This document shows positions 61,702 through 64,000 of a stretch of 64,000 bases of DNA, piece after piece. The notes below the pieces were generated by a model that saw only the letters and a list, made by a program, of their open reading frames with translations, searched no databases and was not told the DNA's origin. Origin of the DNA: Spirochaetia bacterium (GTDB lineage Bacteria > Spirochaetota > Spirochaetia > UBA9216); the NCBI GenBank assembly GCA_963677925.2, contig CAXXYH010000003.1:1-64000 (forward strand). The letters run 5' to 3'. A program made the position numbers and the translations under genes. Numbering within the stretch: position 1 is the first letter of the stretch; every line of letters begins with the position of its first letter.

Positions 61702-62856
61702 ATGCGTTACAGAGAACCTTTTACACTCTATCTCAGGAAGTTACCCTCGGGTAAGAAGATTTGGTATTATCAAACATACGATATGAACAACAAACGGACA
61801 AGCGCCTTTTCTACAGGTAAGAAATCTAAAACTGCAGCAAAAGCTTATTGTTTTGATTTACTGAAAAAAGATTTATTGATTCCGGTAAGACTGAGCAAAA
61901 TCACTTTTAAAAAATATTCTGAAAACTGGTGGCTATGGGATAAATGTGAATACTTGAATTATCTCAAAAAGAGAAAGACGATTTCAAGATCATATGCGAA
62001 GACCGCCCGGGTTATGCTTGGCAAGCATATACTACCGTATTTTGGAAAGCTGCAGTTGAGAGAAATAAGGTCATACGATATTGAGAAATGGCTGGATACA
62101 TTTGCTGTTAAGGGTCTGGCGAATGCAACGGCAAATCTCGGATTGGCTTTTTTGAAGATCATGTTCAAGGAAGCTGTAAGACGTGAGATTATATTTGAGG
62201 ATTCTTCAAGCTCAATCATGCCGCTTAAAACGGAAGCGGTAGTTCGCGGGGTCCTCTCCCAGGATGAAGTCTCAAAGCTTTTTAATCCTGAGAATAAAAA
62301 ACAAATATGGTCAAATGATATTTATTATTACGCAAATTTGTTGTCAGCCTGCACGGGCATGAGGCTTGGTGAAATACTCGCGGTTCGTGGGGAAGTACTG
62401 AAAGATAATTATATCATCGTTGACAAGCAGTATACTAAGAGCTTCGGGCTAACGGATACGAAGACTCATCATTCGAGAAAGGTAATAATTCCAGAAACAT
62501 TGATGGCCGAGGTTCTGAATTACTCGGAACAAAATAACGGCGGATATATATTTTCAATAGACGGCGGGAAGCAGCCGGTTTATCCGGACACTATGCGCCG
62601 AGCATTATTTAAAGCACTTGGGAATATTGGAATTGATGATGAACAAAGACGTGAACGAAACATATGCTTTCACAGTTGGAGGCATTACCTGAACACTACC
62701 CTAAGAAGCAACAACATCACCGACGGCAAGCTCAGAGCGCTGGTCGGACATTCATCTTCCAGGATGACCGAACACTACACCCATTTTGATACTGAGGATT
62801 TCAAGGACATTCAGGAGATCCAGAACAAGATAATAAACTTTAAAAAAGTAGTATGA
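61702..62856 (+). CDS. Tyrosine recombinase/integrase (phage-integrase architecture, not IntI)
   Basis: TGMRLGE (R), TKT (K), HSWRH, VGH...HY; N-terminal arm- and SAM-like domains; AAGGAG RBS. Confidence 0.95.
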   Translation: MRYREPFTLYLRKLPSGKKIWYYQTYDMNNKRTSAFSTGKKSKTAAKAYCFDLLKKDLLIPVRLSKITFKKYSENWWLWDKCEYLNYLKKRKTISRSYAKTARVMLGKHILPYFGKLQLREIRSYDIEKWLDTFAVKGLANATANLGLAFLKIMFKEAVRREIIFEDSSSSIMPLKTEAVVRGVLSQDEVSKLFNPENKKQIWSNDIYYYANLLSACTGMRLGEILAVRGEVLKDNYIIVDKQYTKSFGLTDTKTHHSRKVIIPETLMAEVLNYSEQNNGGYIFSIDGGKQPVYPDTMRRALFKALGNIGIDDEQRRERNICFHSWRHYLNTTLRSNNITDGKLRALVGHSSSRMTEHYTHFDTEDFKDIQEIQNKIINFKKVV

Positions 62857-62864
62857 GTCAATTC

Positions 62865-62902
62865 GAAACTGGTAAATAGCAAAGTCTACCAGTTTCATTT
62901 TT
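62865..62902 (+). terminator. Intrinsic terminator-like hairpin after the recombinase
   Basis: GAAACTGGTA-N12-TACCAGTTTC-ATTTTT. Confidence 0.6.
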
Positions 62903-63128
62903 CAAAAATCTGGAATAATTTTCTAAAACAGTTTCAAGGTCTTGGTATTTCTGTAAATTTCATGTTAGGATTAAAAGTGTAAAATCTGCTGCAAATCCTC
63001 AGCCAATACCAAGAAGCAAAAACTACAAACAGCGTTTACAGTACCGAACATGAGACTCGAGTTAATAGTATTCAATGCACAAAGCTATGTAGCTATAGCA
63101 TTCATAATATATTCCCAGGAGAAAAACT

Positions 63129-63473
63129 ATGAAACCAGTCCAATGCTGTCTCTAGCAAAAAGAAGAATTCACGAAGGAGGACCTTCAACTTGAAAACATA
63201 CATACCTATGAAGATAATGATCACTTTAAACATAAGCTGAAAAGATGCCGGGAATGCGGTCAACTGTATTTCTATGAGTTTTATGAGGAAATAGACTGGG
63301 AAAACGGCAACGACCCCAGTTATATTACATATATTCCGGTTAAAACAAAAGAAGAAGCAGATTCCGTGGCCGGGTTATCTCCAATGGAACTGTTATCCCA
63401 CTTCCCGCAGATTAGAGATGACTTCCCAAGTGATGCTGATAAACCAAGAATAAGCTGGAGAGGTCGTGATTAG
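63129..63473 (+). pseudogene. 114-codon ORF with CxxC motif, interrupted by an in-frame TAG at codon 9
   Basis: AGGAG RBS; MKPVQCCL*QKEEF...KRCRECGQLYFYEFYEEIDW...; absent from the ORF track. Confidence 0.7.
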
Positions 63474-64000
63474 AGATACTGCCTGTAATTATCAATACAG
63501 CTTTTTAGACGCTGACCGAGATATTCATGGAAAGCAGCAAGCTTTTCATAAATCAACTCTGCTTCCTGAAGATAGCTCAATTTTTCTTCAGGGGACCAAT
63601 GTGGGGGCGGTTCCTGTAAATTTGTAATACGGTCGCAAAGCTTTACCATTGCTGCAGATTTTCCAATAGACATTATACGTTCAAGAGAATCTTCCATCTG
63701 TTCAGTTTTTGATAAACCGCTTTTTTGTTTCTTGGTCAATGCTTTAACAGCAGCAGTTACCTCTGGACCGAACTCCTTTAAAAGTTCTTTTTCTGAAGTA
63801 TCGGTATCTTCGATGGTATCATGCAATAGAGCTGCCTGGATAACAACATCAGGGTTATCAGGAGCTTCTTTAAACATCGCCAGTCCTGCTTCTGCGGCAA
63901 CATTGCTGAGATGAACCACATAGGAGTAATTTTTACCCGGTACTTTCTGTTCTTTTTCTTCATGCTTTGCAGCGGCAAAATCAATTGCTTTTTGGTAACT
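63470..64000 (-). CDS. HD-domain small alarmone hydrolase (Mesh1/SpoT-like), 5' end outside the window
   Basis: AIDFAAAKH, YVVHL..VA, AALLHDTIEDT, VKLCDRITNL. Confidence 0.85.
   Translation of the reverse strand, partial: SYQKAIDFAAAKHEEKEQKVPGKNYSYVVHLSNVAAEAGLAMFKEAPDNPDVVIQAALLHDTIEDTDTSEKELLKEFGPEVTAAVKALTKKQKSGLSKTEQMEDSLERIMSIGKSAAMVKLCDRITNLQEPPPHWSPEEKLSYLQEAELIYEKLAAFHEYLGQRLKSCIDNYRQYL

Noticed and set aside
61702-62856. Naming the recombinase intI or xerC/xerD
   Set aside because: It lacks the IntI insertion and the HTLRHSFATH-type motif, and it has an extra N-terminal domain.

Overview
Bacterial chromosomal window, AT-rich. Gene content suggests a free-living spirochaete (inference only). 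1-20 kb: an RND efflux operon with an AcrB-like gene broken by three +1 frameshifts, a LacI-controlled sugar catabolic operon (aldolase, FGGY kinase, MtlD-like dehydrogenase) and small stress/detox genes. 20-40 kb: a glycosylation-plus-signalling locus (GT2, GT4, GT2 with a receiver-like domain, flippase, 1463-aa GT-C-like protein, LruC-domain lipoprotein, beta-barrel, several two-component proteins) with three sigma54 promoters and shared enhancer-like boxes. 40-51 kb: mixed accessory genes, including an ABC-F with an attenuator-like leader. 51.6-62.9 kb is the main highlight: an integron-like array of eight AT-rich, co-oriented gene cassettes. They are separated by ~136-139-bp branched inverted repeats with AAC...GTT cores, and the two ends of each cassette are complementary. 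The array ends in a half-site 157 bp upstream of a divergent tyrosine recombinase that lacks the IntI-specific insertion. No rRNA, tRNA or CRISPR array was recognised.
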